A DNA stretch of 64,000 bases, taken from an uncultured virus (IMG/VR IMGVR_UViG_3300042868_008629) (lineage: Duplodnaviria > Heunggongvirae > Uroviricota > Caudoviricetes). The stretch is from IMG/VR virus record IMGVR_UViG_3300042868_008629, positions 1 to 64,000 of that record. One strand, written 5' to 3'. Of this stretch, positions 1 to 9,947 are shown piece by piece. The stretch's first letter is position 1; every line of letters begins with the position of its first letter. A model generated the notes under the pieces. It was not told the origin of the DNA. It saw only the letters and a list, made by a program, of their open reading frames with translations, and did no database searches. The position numbers and the translations under genes are program-made.

Positions 1-10
1 GGATTGTGGT

Positions 11-619
11 GTGTTATCGGCACTACCTAATGTTAGAGGTATTATAATTGATTTAAATCAAGTACCAAATCAATATAGAAACAAGTTTACAAATCAAGGT
101 TTAGTTGGTTTCAGAATTGAATATCTTAACACAGATGGTTCAAAAATACCTAACTTTTTTAGAGTAATTACATCTTCATTTTTCTGTGAACCTGTAATTC
201 AAAATCTAACGAACACTTCGCAAAAAGCGATAAGATACAGATATACTGATAGTAATAGTGGATTATTGTTTTGTACATTGTCACCATCATCAGCACCAAC
301 TAATAAACCGAATGCAATACCATACATTGGTCAACCTGACCAAGATATCATAATAACTAATACTTTCTTCAATCCAATAACCCTTGATATTGAAGTTGCT
401 GAACACGATTTCTCAACGTTGGCTATTGCACTTTATGGTAATCAAACCAAATCTATTGATGATGGTATCTACACTTACTACGATAGTCAAAATAACATAT
501 ACAGACAATATAACCTATACGAAATCAGAGACCAGTTTAATGAGCTTCTATTTGAGGTAAGACAAGACAGAGGTAATAATATAGATTTCAGTAAAAACTT
601 CACTAACATCACTTCGTAA
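11..619 (+). CDS. Putative virion structural protein (probably 5'-truncated by the window edge)
   Basis: The frame is open from the window start and its stop overlaps the ATG of the next structural gene (TAATG). Confidence 0.55.
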   Translation: MLSALPNVRGIIIDLNQVPNQYRNKFTNQGLVGFRIEYLNTDGSKIPNFFRVITSSFFCEPVIQNLTNTSQKAIRYRYTDSNSGLLFCTLSPSSAPTNKPNAIPYIGQPDQDIIITNTFFNPITLDIEVAEHDFSTLAIALYGNQTKSIDDGIYTYYDSQNNIYRQYNLYEIRDQFNELLFEVRQDRGNNIDFSKNFTNITS

Positions 620-3600
620 TGGCTAAATTCACATGTCCTCCTCAAACACCATCAGGTGCTGGTACTTTTGCAAATAATCTAGTTGGTTTACAATTAGTTA
701 CTGGTGGGGGTTTGACACAAGGAACATTTAATTTTACACTTTCGGCAAGTGAGAAAGTTAATAGAAACTTTTCCACTGGAACTTTTTCTAATCCGATTAG
801 TTTGGACTCAATGGGTATTACAGATATCAATCAAGCTAAAGCTATCATTGAGAATAACTATAAAGTTTACCCAAATTTTGATTTAACTCAAGTTACAAAC
901 TTTGTTTTATATGGGTCTATGGCCAAAAGGATGTCAGCTGCAGTAACACAAGTTATTAGTTATTTTCCTGCAGCACTAGAATCAACGACATTAAGATTGG
1001 ATTATTCCACTGGTGTAACAGCATTTAATGTTGTTTTCAGTTTACAATATAATGAAACAACGTTTGAATTAGACCTTACTAAAATAAGAAATCCTTTTGG
1101 AATTGATTATACAACTAACTCAACTAGAAATCTATCCCTTAGAGAGATACCAGTATCAACATTGAGGAATATGACATTAGAATATGCCAAGTATTCCTTA
1201 TATTATAATGAAATTGGGTATCAAGTTAAACGTATAGTACCAACAAATTCATTAACATCGGGTAATTTGAGTATCACCGTTGTTGGTAATCCTTTTTCAG
1301 GTGATACAAGTGTTTTTGGAAATATTATAGTAAGACCAAATGATAGTGAAGTTAATAAAGTTTTTAATGAAAATTTAGACGAAGTTGAAAACTTTTTATT
1401 AAATAGAACATCAACACCGATATATACAGCATCTTTCGTTATCCCTAAAGAAGCTGATGATGGAACTTATTATTCAGATAATGCTTCAGTAACTTGGCCA
1501 ATATTGGGACTATGGAATTTAGATATCATCTCAAGTACATTTGTCGATTATTTAACAATATTGAATGATATTAGTGTCTCTTTTGATTCATATAGAACTA
1601 ACCTTGTGTCAAGATTTTTCACAACACCAGCATTCAAAGAATTTGATACGATTGGTCAAAAAATGGACAAAGTTCTTCAAATATATGGTAGAAGTTTTGA
1701 CGAGGTTAACAAATATATTACAAGTTTATCTTATGTAACATCTGTTAATTATAATGTAAGAAATGACATCCCCTCTCAATTGTTAAGAAATTTAGCTCAA
1801 ACCTTGGGATGGCAGACAAACATATCACCAATTTCCAATACTGATTTTTTGAATTCTGTTTTTGGTCAAACAAATCAAGAAAAATCTATGTTCAGTGGTG
1901 TCCCTGTAGCACAAACACCAGACGAGCTAAATTACCAATTTTACAGAAATGTATTATTAAATACAGCTTATTTATTTAAATCGAAAGGGACAAGAAAATC
2001 AATAGAAAATTTGTTGAGATTGATTGGAGCACCTGAAGCTTTGGTTGAGTTCAATGAATATGTTTATTTAGCTGACCAAAGAATTAATATAGATAAATTT
2101 AATAGTTATTACGCTCAAATCTCAGGTGGGACTTTGGTGGAACAAACACCAACATTAGAAAGTTCAAATGTATTTACATTATTTGGTGTACAATATACTG
2201 GATTCACGACTACGGCAACAATCAGAGATGTTAATATTACTATTGAAGAATTCCCAATAGACCAATTTGGATTCCCAAGACCAATTACTGATAGTGAGTC
2301 GTACTTCTTTCAAATAGGTAGTGGTTGGTTTGAACAAACACCACAACACAGAGCACCTGAACAAGTAAATTCTACTTTGAGTGTATTTACGGGATTAAAT
2401 CCTGATTATCAAACAAGTTTAAAACCATACACTTATGGTCAAGAATATTTAGACAGATTCAGAAAATTTCCATTTATTCAATTAGGCTATAATATTTCAC
2501 CATCTGTTGATAATAACAAATCTTGGTACGATTCTGAAGTACTACTAAGAGTTAACTTAGATGGTAATATTAACGCAAGATACTTCGTTGCTGATGACAA
2601 ATTAGTTTTAAATGTTAAGAATACTGAGATATTTTTGAATCCTGCACAAGGACTTTTATATGATGTTTGGTATATGTCACGTTTGTACAATTATCCAATA
2701 CCAAATCAAGGTATGAATTATGTCAATCCGAATGGGTGTTTTCCAAACGCGGCAAGTTGCTACCCTGATAGAAATGGTGTTGATTGGACGATTATTAACC
2801 CACAACCAAAACAAAAAACCTTCTTCGAATTTGCTCAAACATTTTGGAAGAATACGATTAATGTAAGAAATAGACAATATTCTACTGATGGTAAAACTAG
2901 TGGTTACCCAACACTACAATCAATTTATTGGAAATATTTACAATCATTACAAGATGTGAATATAGCAAACAATAATTTCACTTACCAAACTATGATAGAA
3001 TACGTTAATGGTTTGGGTGATTATTGGATACGCTTAATTGAACAAATGGTTCCAGCAACAACCATTTGGAATACTGGTGTCAAGTTAGAAAACTCAATTT
3101 TCCATAGACAGAAATTTCAATGGAAAAGACAAAGAGGTTGTCAGATTATATTAGATACACCACCACCAACACCTGACCCTGTTGATTTATGTGAGTGTAT
3201 AAGTATTACTGGTGCTTCAGTTGGAAGTAGTACATTAATAACAACATTGAGTCCTAATGGTTATGTTAATGGCAAACAATCATTCTTGGGTTATGACCCT
3301 TGTTGTGGTTTAGTTAAAGATATAATTATTTCTTATAATTCGGGGTCAACTCGTTGGGAATATTATTATGATGGAACTCTTGTAGGTACTTTAAACTCAA
3401 CATCTGATTGCCCAATTGGTAGTGTTTGGTCGAATACAAAAAATAATGTTGGAACTATTTCATCAACTAATAGAACTATTTGCCCAAATCCTGCATCGTT
3501 TACACCATTGAGACCTAATCCTTGTAGACCATGTGAGTTGAATGATAGTTTATATACCTACGATTGTCCTATACAAAACACAGAGTGTCCAAAATATCCT

Positions 3601-3996
3601 TGGTTAAGTGACCCAAAACTTGGTAGTTTTGGTAGTGTTTTAGGTAAATTGTTGAATGAATATCTTACTTCTATTGGTTATGACCCAAATAATTGTAGTT
3701 TGAATACGTTAACCACAGAGTGGTATGTGGATATTAGGATAGATGATATTCAAGTTGTTTCTTACCCATTCTTCAATGGAATAGGATATAATTTAATACC
3801 ATTAAGTTATCCTACAACTACGAATTGGGACACAGCATTAGTTACCGCTATGAATTTGATTAAACCACTAGGTTATGATTATTACTTTACTAGTGACGAT
3901 ACTATTGTAGTTTATAATCAAGTGTGTTCTGTGTCAGAAGCTGATATTAACTTCAAGTTAAATATCGGAATAAACTTCTCAATTTATTGTGTATAA
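619..3996 (+). CDS. Large baseplate/tail structural protein, 1125 aa
   Basis: YLFKSKGTRKSIENLLRLIG resembles the KGT motif of baseplate wedge / P2 gpI-type proteins. Cys-rich C-terminal part; lies in a structural gene cluster. Confidence 0.6.
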   Translation: MAKFTCPPQTPSGAGTFANNLVGLQLVTGGGLTQGTFNFTLSASEKVNRNFSTGTFSNPISLDSMGITDINQAKAIIENNYKVYPNFDLTQVTNFVLYGSMAKRMSAAVTQVISYFPAALESTTLRLDYSTGVTAFNVVFSLQYNETTFELDLTKIRNPFGIDYTTNSTRNLSLREIPVSTLRNMTLEYAKYSLYYNEIGYQVKRIVPTNSLTSGNLSITVVGNPFSGDTSVFGNIIVRPNDSEVNKVFNENLDEVENFLLNRTSTPIYTASFVIPKEADDGTYYSDNASVTWPILGLWNLDIISSTFVDYLTILNDISVSFDSYRTNLVSRFFTTPAFKEFDTIGQKMDKVLQIYGRSFDEVNKYITSLSYVTSVNYNVRNDIPSQLLRNLAQTLGWQTNISPISNTDFLNSVFGQTNQEKSMFSGVPVAQTPDELNYQFYRNVLLNTAYLFKSKGTRKSIENLLRLIGAPEALVEFNEYVYLADQRINIDKFNSYYAQISGGTLVEQTPTLESSNVFTLFGVQYTGFTTTATIRDVNITIEEFPIDQFGFPRPITDSESYFFQIGSGWFEQTPQHRAPEQVNSTLSVFTGLNPDYQTSLKPYTYGQEYLDRFRKFPFIQLGYNISPSVDNNKSWYDSEVLLRVNLDGNINARYFVADDKLVLNVKNTEIFLNPAQGLLYDVWYMSRLYNYPIPNQGMNYVNPNGCFPNAASCYPDRNGVDWTIINPQPKQKTFFEFAQTFWKNTINVRNRQYSTDGKTSGYPTLQSIYWKYLQSLQDVNIANNNFTYQTMIEYVNGLGDYWIRLIEQMVPATTIWNTGVKLENSIFHRQKFQWKRQRGCQIILDTPPPTPDPVDLCECISITGASVGSSTLITTLSPNGYVNGKQSFLGYDPCCGLVKDIIISYNSGSTRWEYYYDGTLVGTLNSTSDCPIGSVWSNTKNNVGTISSTNRTICPNPASFTPLRPNPCRPCELNDSLYTYDCPIQNTECPKYPWLSDPKLGSFGSVLGKLLNEYLTSIGYDPNNCSLNTLTTEWYVDIRIDDIQVVSYPFFNGIGYNLIPLSYPTTTNWDTALVTAMNLIKPLGYDYYFTSDDTIVVYNQVCSVSEADINFKLNIGINFSIYCV

Positions 3997-6137
3997 TGTC
4001 TTGTTTTTTAGATGTAGTAGTAAATAGTATAACTGGTGATTGTAGTAATACGTCCTCAGGTGCGTTTAATATAAGTATCAATGGTAGTGCTCCTGATTTT
4101 ACAATTTCTTGGATTGACCCTAGTTTTGGTACAATTCCACTTAGTGGTGCCACAGGGTACACAATTAGTGGACTTTCGGGTGGTTCTTATGTATTTAATG
4201 TTATTGATAGTTGTTCAGGAGGTAGTACAACATTTCCTGTAAGTGTCTATATTTCGACAGGGACTTGTGTTACCTTGACAGGTGTTCAGAATACAACTTG
4301 TAATCTGAGTAATGGTAGTATTACTGCTGATACAACAAATTATTATAATTCACCTACTTTTAGTTTATACGAAATATCGAGTGGGTTTATTACTTCAGGA
4401 CAAAGTTTCAACAATATCTTCACATTTAATTCTTTATCTGCAGGTACATATTATGTTATTGCGGACGATGGTGGGGGATGTACTGGTAAATCTGAATCAT
4501 GTATTGTTAAGTCATCAACTACGTTAGATTTTGGTGTATATGTCATCAATGATGCGGGATGTGCAGTGGACTCAGGGGCAATCTACGTTACTGGTCAAAC
4601 TGGAGTACCACCATACACATATTTGTGGTCAAATGGTCAAACAACCCCATCAATCACAGGATTAACACCTGGTAATTACAATGTGGTGGTGACAGATAGT
4701 GCTGGTTGTTCTAATAGTTTGGGTGTGGTTGTAAATGAAGTACCACCAATTGGATTGGGAACATTTACAATTACAAATCCATCTTGTTACACTTCGGATG
4801 GAAGTGTAACAGTTGTTACAACTGGTGGTACTGCACCTTTTTATTATTCAGGTTCTAACGGAACTGTAACAATTACTTTTGCTTCGAGTTATACATTTAC
4901 TGGTGTTGCCGCAGGTAATTTCTCAGTTAGTGTAACTGATGCTGGTTTATGTAATTTTGTGGCATCCACAATTTTGTTGACTCCGAATTCATTTACTAAC
5001 GTAACAGTTTCAACAACCAACTCACTATGTAATAATAATACAGGTGTTGTTTCAGTTTCTCTATTTGGTGGTTCCCCTCCTTATTCATATACTCTGATAG
5101 ATTTCACAGGAAACTCAGCAACAACAGTTACTAATGCAACAAATGTAAACTTTAATGCCTTGGAATCGGGTAATTACACCTTACAAATTACTGATGGAGG
5201 ACCTTGTGTTTTTACTCAAGCTGTGACAATAAATAATACAATTTTATATACTTTAAGTTCAGTTGTATCAGGTACAACTTGTGGACAAAATAATGGTGTT
5301 GTTACTTTAAATATAAGTAGTGGAGGTACACCACCCTACATCTATCAGATGGATGGTGTTTTAGTTAACACAAGTTTGTCAGGTTATACATTTTCAGGAT
5401 TAGCACCTGGTAATTACACAGCATCTGTAATTGATGCTAATTTATGTCAACAATTTTTACCAATATTAATACCAACCTCATCCTCGGTAAATTTTATATT
5501 AAACCCAACATCACCACTATCGGGAAATGATGGGATGATAGAAACTTTTATATTAGAAGGTGAACCTCCGTTTAATTTAATATGGAGTTCAAACGCACCA
5601 AGTGGACAAACTGGTTTAACAATAACTGGTCTCACTGCTGGTACGTACAATCTAAGTGTTACAGATGATAATGGATGTACACAAGTAAGAAGTGTAACTT
5701 TATTCGGATACAATTTAATATCTTCATATCAAGTTTTAAATATTTGCAACGATAATTTTGTAAATTCGGGTCAATTAATCAAAAAGGGACTACAACAGAT
5801 GTATCTTGAAGGTTTTCATGACTTAACATCAGGTGATACCAATTGTTTACTAAGTGCCGCAACTTTTGTTTGTGAAGTTAGTGTAAATGGGGTAACCAAC
5901 TCAATTGGTTTTTATAATTCCACATCGTTAAACGATTTTCCAACTGATAGTGTATATTTTAATGTTGTTGAAATATTATTATCACTATACCCCGAATTAG
6001 AAACAATAACTATTGATATATCGACAGGTGAGATATTAATTAGTTCATTGTGTAATCCATCCATTGGGATGATTGATGCAACAATAATTGTGAGTGTAAT
6101 AATTCTTTACAACATAAATTGTGTAAGTTGTGCATAA
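3996..6137 (+). CDS. SprB-repeat beta-rich virion or adhesin-like protein
   Basis: Repeated C...NG.I....GG.(A/P)PY.Y....L..G.Y.V.V.D..GC units. Likely ATG at 3996 overlaps the upstream TAA. Confidence 0.7.
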   Translation: MSCFLDVVVNSITGDCSNTSSGAFNISINGSAPDFTISWIDPSFGTIPLSGATGYTISGLSGGSYVFNVIDSCSGGSTTFPVSVYISTGTCVTLTGVQNTTCNLSNGSITADTTNYYNSPTFSLYEISSGFITSGQSFNNIFTFNSLSAGTYYVIADDGGGCTGKSESCIVKSSTTLDFGVYVINDAGCAVDSGAIYVTGQTGVPPYTYLWSNGQTTPSITGLTPGNYNVVVTDSAGCSNSLGVVVNEVPPIGLGTFTITNPSCYTSDGSVTVVTTGGTAPFYYSGSNGTVTITFASSYTFTGVAAGNFSVSVTDAGLCNFVASTILLTPNSFTNVTVSTTNSLCNNNTGVVSVSLFGGSPPYSYTLIDFTGNSATTVTNATNVNFNALESGNYTLQITDGGPCVFTQAVTINNTILYTLSSVVSGTTCGQNNGVVTLNISSGGTPPYIYQMDGVLVNTSLSGYTFSGLAPGNYTASVIDANLCQQFLPILIPTSSSVNFILNPTSPLSGNDGMIETFILEGEPPFNLIWSSNAPSGQTGLTITGLTAGTYNLSVTDDNGCTQVRSVTLFGYNLISSYQVLNICNDNFVNSGQLIKKGLQQMYLEGFHDLTSGDTNCLLSAATFVCEVSVNGVTNSIGFYNSTSLNDFPTDSVYFNVVEILLSLYPELETITIDISTGEILISSLCNPSIGMIDATIIVSVIILYNINCVSCA

Positions 6138-6141
6138 TAAA

Positions 6142-6166
6142 AAACCCCACCTAAAAAGTGGGGTTT
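6142..6166. terminator. Bidirectional intrinsic terminator
   Basis: AAACCCCAC-ctaaaaa-GTGGGGTTT hairpin between convergent genes. Confidence 0.8.
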
Positions 6167-6170
6167 AATT

Positions 6171-6770
6171 TTACCATAAATTTTCTTGTTTCATATATCC
6201 TAACACACAACAATAAGCATCACTCATATCAAAATTCTCTTTCTTAAGAGTATTGTTTTTTGTGTAACCCCAATTTATTTGAGGTTCTCTTTTGGCTACT
6301 TGTTCCCAAATAATTTGTTTTTTGTCACAATCCTTTGGTAATCCACCAAACAAAACAAACTTCCCTTTACCATTATCTTTCACTAACCATGGGAAAGCGT
6401 TTTTTCTTGAGTTGTATGTTGATATGTATTCAGGAACAATACCTAAAACATCATATATCTCTTTGGAAATAAGAGTATTATATCTCATTAAAGTTTGTAT
6501 AGTATAAACATTGTTACTATTTAAAAGTGGCTCTTCGATAACAACTTTTTTGATGTTTAATTCATCATACCCCTCTAATTTAGTTTTGAAAATTTCGGTC
6601 TTAAGAAATAATTCCTTCATTTTATTTTCTTCTTTAGGTTTGGTTACTGGTGAGATATGAGTTAATTCCAATAATTCCTTACTTTCTATGTCAAACAATG
6701 CCCAACCAATTGTTTTCGTAGAAATATCTAACCCCAAAACCTTTGGGGATTGTTTCATTTTATCATTCAT
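6171..6770 (-). CDS. RuvC-like Holliday junction resolvase
   Basis: VLGLDISTKTIGWA, VVIEEP and C-terminal DMSDAY acidic catalytic motifs of the RuvC/RNase H fold. Confidence 0.75.
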   Translation of the reverse strand: MNDKMKQSPKVLGLDISTKTIGWALFDIESKELLELTHISPVTKPKEENKMKELFLKTEIFKTKLEGYDELNIKKVVIEEPLLNSNNVYTIQTLMRYNTLISKEIYDVLGIVPEYISTYNSRKNAFPWLVKDNGKGKFVLFGGLPKDCDKKQIIWEQVAKREPQINWGYTKNNTLKKENFDMSDAYCCVLGYMKQENLW

Positions 6771-6773
6771 AAA

Positions 6774-9194
6774 TTAAATATCTAATTTGATTACAAACTG
6801 TTGAATCCCCGTTCTCGGATATGGAGATTGTAGCTTTGAAACAATCATAAGATTTTTGTCTGAATCGTAAAGACCAATTTCAGTTACGAATGGTTGGACT
6901 GAAGTATTCCACGATGGATTTGAGGAGTATTGGAATTCTGATTGACCTAATACTATCTGATACCTCATTTCATAAATTGTGGCTTGAATGTCAGTTTCTA
7001 TATTACCATAAAAATAATATTCATCACCAAAATTTAATTGAGTTCCTGAAAAACCTGCCGTAGTTATATCAATATAATCACTTAAGTCATAAAGTGGTGC
7101 ATTATCATATAAGTCCTGAGTTATAACAAACGTATTACCTGTTAAACCTGATTGTGTTAAATACCCATTATTACTTGTACCACTAAGTTGGAAATTATAG
7201 TCAATTATTCTCCATTGTGATGGTTCTGGTCTACCATTACCCTCAACCTTTTGACAAATAATTTCAAATGAATCAGCAATAAAACCTGACGTAATATCAC
7301 AACCTACAGAACATATACTTGGATTAGATGATAAACAATTAAATTCATCACCAAATCTTACACTAACATTTTGAGAATTCAAAGGATTACAAGTTATGTT
7401 AGGTCCTTGTATTACTTGATAATAATTAGAATGTAAAGAATTAGTATAGGCTGAAGAGTTTGATAATCGATATGTAACGTGTAAATATTCAGTTTCGCCA
7501 GTCAGAATTCCCTCAACAGATTCGTTATCCAAACCACAAATATTTGGTGTAATTAAAGCAACCTTTGGCGCTGGTAATGTCCAGTTTCTATTGGCTTTAT
7601 ATGACATTGCGGCAATAATCTCTTCATCATCAATAATGATTAGTTTGTGGTCAGGAAATACCTTACCAATTCTGTTTGGTATTCCCGCAATCGGTGTTGT
7701 ATTTGGGTTTGGATTAGTATCCCATAGGTGATAATATCTTATACCTGGATTATTCATATCTTGGTTTTGATTTGACTCCAAGTAATGAACAGTAAATAAT
7801 GGTATAATTAAATCATCAAAACCAGGAGGGTCAACATAAAAAGTTTGTCCATAACAACATTCAGGGTTTTTATGCCACATTAACCACGGAATGTGTAATT
7901 TGAAATTCCTTGCTTCTCCTGTTGTATCATCAGGTTCAGTAATATCGTGAGGTTCCAAGGCGAATTTTTCACCATAGAAAAAATCAATCGTATTATTAGT
8001 ATAATGAATAATAGCAATGGCCTTTTGTTCTTCAGGTGTAACTACAACCTTTTCATCAAAAGAGTTATAATAATAAGTTGAATCAGTATCGGTTTGTCCA
8101 CTACTTGAAGCGTAACCAAAATATTCTTTAGACCCCAAATAATCAATAGAACCAAATTTAGTATAATCTTTGTGTGTTGAGGAATTTATACCTGCTGGAC
8201 TTTCTGACCAAGGAATATTCATATTCCAAATTTTAACATCAAATTGGTCAGTATAACAAACCGATTCAAAATTGATAACATCATATGGGAAGTGTTGAGA
8301 TGGTGTTACACTATCATAAATCTCAGTCATTCCTGATGGATATACAATTACACGAGCATAACAATCACCACTTAAATATGTAAAATCAGGTGTTGACCTA
8401 TCCAAAGTTATATTATCCAAACAAACATCAACAATTCGATATGTTAAAATCGTATAACAACTTGACATATCCACAACACAAGTTGCAGTATAACTCGGTA
8501 AACACGGGCCACAATTAGTCACAGGACAAGTTGTGGTTGTAGTTGTTGTTGGAGGTGATGGTGGACTACAAGCGTCAGTTGTTGTTGTTGTCGTTACTGG
8601 TAAGGTAGTTGTAGTAGTTGTTGCAGTGAAACAATTACAGTCATTAACACCATTACCATCATAAATTATCGTTATAAAATCACCAATTTGATAGTTCCTA
8701 ACAAAATCATTGTTACATGTAATTGCCGAAACCACAATCAAATTTGAACCATTCAAACCACTCATTTGTATTACATAGTTAGATGTTAGTGCGTAGTCAC
8801 CTGTGGTTATTGCACTCCACTCTATGTTTGAACCTGATGTTGTACCTAAGAAAAACCCCCTTGGTGATGCTGTATTATACACTGGACTTACAATCGATTG
8901 CATAAATGGGATTCCATATGTATTTCCGTTGTTACCATCCACGTAGTAAGGGTATTTAATGTTTTCCTTATTTGATTGAGGAACACCTGCCGAATTTTGA
9001 GCATTGAAACTTGGCTCTAATACTCTACTATTATATTGGTTATAACTTGTTTGAGGAATAGCATTATACGAAACTTCACTATCACCAATTTGAAAATAAC
9101 TTATATTAAAATTACCTTGAGAAATTTTTTGTCTCCCAGTATCGGTAATCCTTGTGTTTATTAAACCTGCTGTGTTTTTTAAAATATATCCCAT
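6774..9194 (-). CDS. Virion structural protein (tail-collar or baseplate-like) with poly-Thr tract
   Basis: N-terminal TDTGRQKISQG...FQIGDSE and C-terminal VTEIGLYD motifs typical of tail-collar/baseplate proteins; TTTTTT/PPSPP insert. Confidence 0.55.
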   Translation of the reverse strand: MGYILKNTAGLINTRITDTGRQKISQGNFNISYFQIGDSEVSYNAIPQTSYNQYNSRVLEPSFNAQNSAGVPQSNKENIKYPYYVDGNNGNTYGIPFMQSIVSPVYNTASPRGFFLGTTSGSNIEWSAITTGDYALTSNYVIQMSGLNGSNLIVVSAITCNNDFVRNYQIGDFITIIYDGNGVNDCNCFTATTTTTTLPVTTTTTTDACSPPSPPTTTTTTTCPVTNCGPCLPSYTATCVVDMSSCYTILTYRIVDVCLDNITLDRSTPDFTYLSGDCYARVIVYPSGMTEIYDSVTPSQHFPYDVINFESVCYTDQFDVKIWNMNIPWSESPAGINSSTHKDYTKFGSIDYLGSKEYFGYASSSGQTDTDSTYYYNSFDEKVVVTPEEQKAIAIIHYTNNTIDFFYGEKFALEPHDITEPDDTTGEARNFKLHIPWLMWHKNPECCYGQTFYVDPPGFDDLIIPLFTVHYLESNQNQDMNNPGIRYYHLWDTNPNPNTTPIAGIPNRIGKVFPDHKLIIIDDEEIIAAMSYKANRNWTLPAPKVALITPNICGLDNESVEGILTGETEYLHVTYRLSNSSAYTNSLHSNYYQVIQGPNITCNPLNSQNVSVRFGDEFNCLSSNPSICSVGCDITSGFIADSFEIICQKVEGNGRPEPSQWRIIDYNFQLSGTSNNGYLTQSGLTGNTFVITQDLYDNAPLYDLSDYIDITTAGFSGTQLNFGDEYYFYGNIETDIQATIYEMRYQIVLGQSEFQYSSNPSWNTSVQPFVTEIGLYDSDKNLMIVSKLQSPYPRTGIQQFVIKLDI

Positions 9195-9218
9195 AAAGAT
9201 AAATATCGAAAATTGATT

Positions 9219-9944
9219 TTATGTGACGATAATGTTACAACAATAACATCCTGATATAGAAACATTACTTAAAGTGTAATTTTCAACACTTTGACCTAAA
9301 TAACAAGCGACATCTTGGTTTTTAGTTGTAGTTGTATATGTTGTTAATATTAAAGTATCTGAATTTGTATAAGTGAGATTGTTCCATCCCTCAGTGTACG
9401 AAGTGATGTAAACATTTTGATTTTGACAACCTGGTGTTGGATTATAAGTTGTACTCAAAGTCGAACTTGAGTATGAAATAGATTGTGTGACACTATTTTT
9501 AACCAAGTCACTCGTTGACGTTGTTGTAGAAGTACCTGAGAATGGAGAAGATTTTGAAGTATTTAAATGTACCAAATTAAATGTTATAGTTACACCACTT
9601 GGTAAACTTGGAAACACTGAAATAGTTGTATCGTATTTTTTTGTTAATGTTGTATTGTTATTAACTATTGTTGTTGACGAAGTATTAATTGTAACGTTGT
9701 ATGTTATTGAATTATTCGATGTGTTTAGAATAACAGAATTTGTTGATGTTTCACCCGACACGTCTTTTACAATAACAGAGTATTGACCAGGACATAAATT
9801 ACTAAATAATGGTGTATTAAAATAGGTTAAACCATTATTAATTGAGTAGGAATATGGTGGTGTTCCATTGTAACCTTGAATTGCAAAAGAACCATCACAT
9901 CCACAAATTGTATCATTTATATTAACAGTTGAAGTTAAAATCAT
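9219..9944 (-). CDS. SprB-repeat, Ser/Thr-rich structural protein
   Basis: CDGSFAIQGYNGTPPYSYSINNG...LCPGQYSVIVKD matches an SprB-like repeat. Confidence 0.55.
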   Translation of the reverse strand: MILTSTVNINDTICGCDGSFAIQGYNGTPPYSYSINNGLTYFNTPLFSNLCPGQYSVIVKDVSGETSTNSVILNTSNNSITYNVTINTSSTTIVNNNTTLTKKYDTTISVFPSLPSGVTITFNLVHLNTSKSSPFSGTSTTTSTSDLVKNSVTQSISYSSSTLSTTYNPTPGCQNQNVYITSYTEGWNNLTYTNSDTLILTTYTTTTKNQDVACYLGQSVENYTLSNVSISGCYCCNIIVT

Positions 9945-9947
9945 ATA

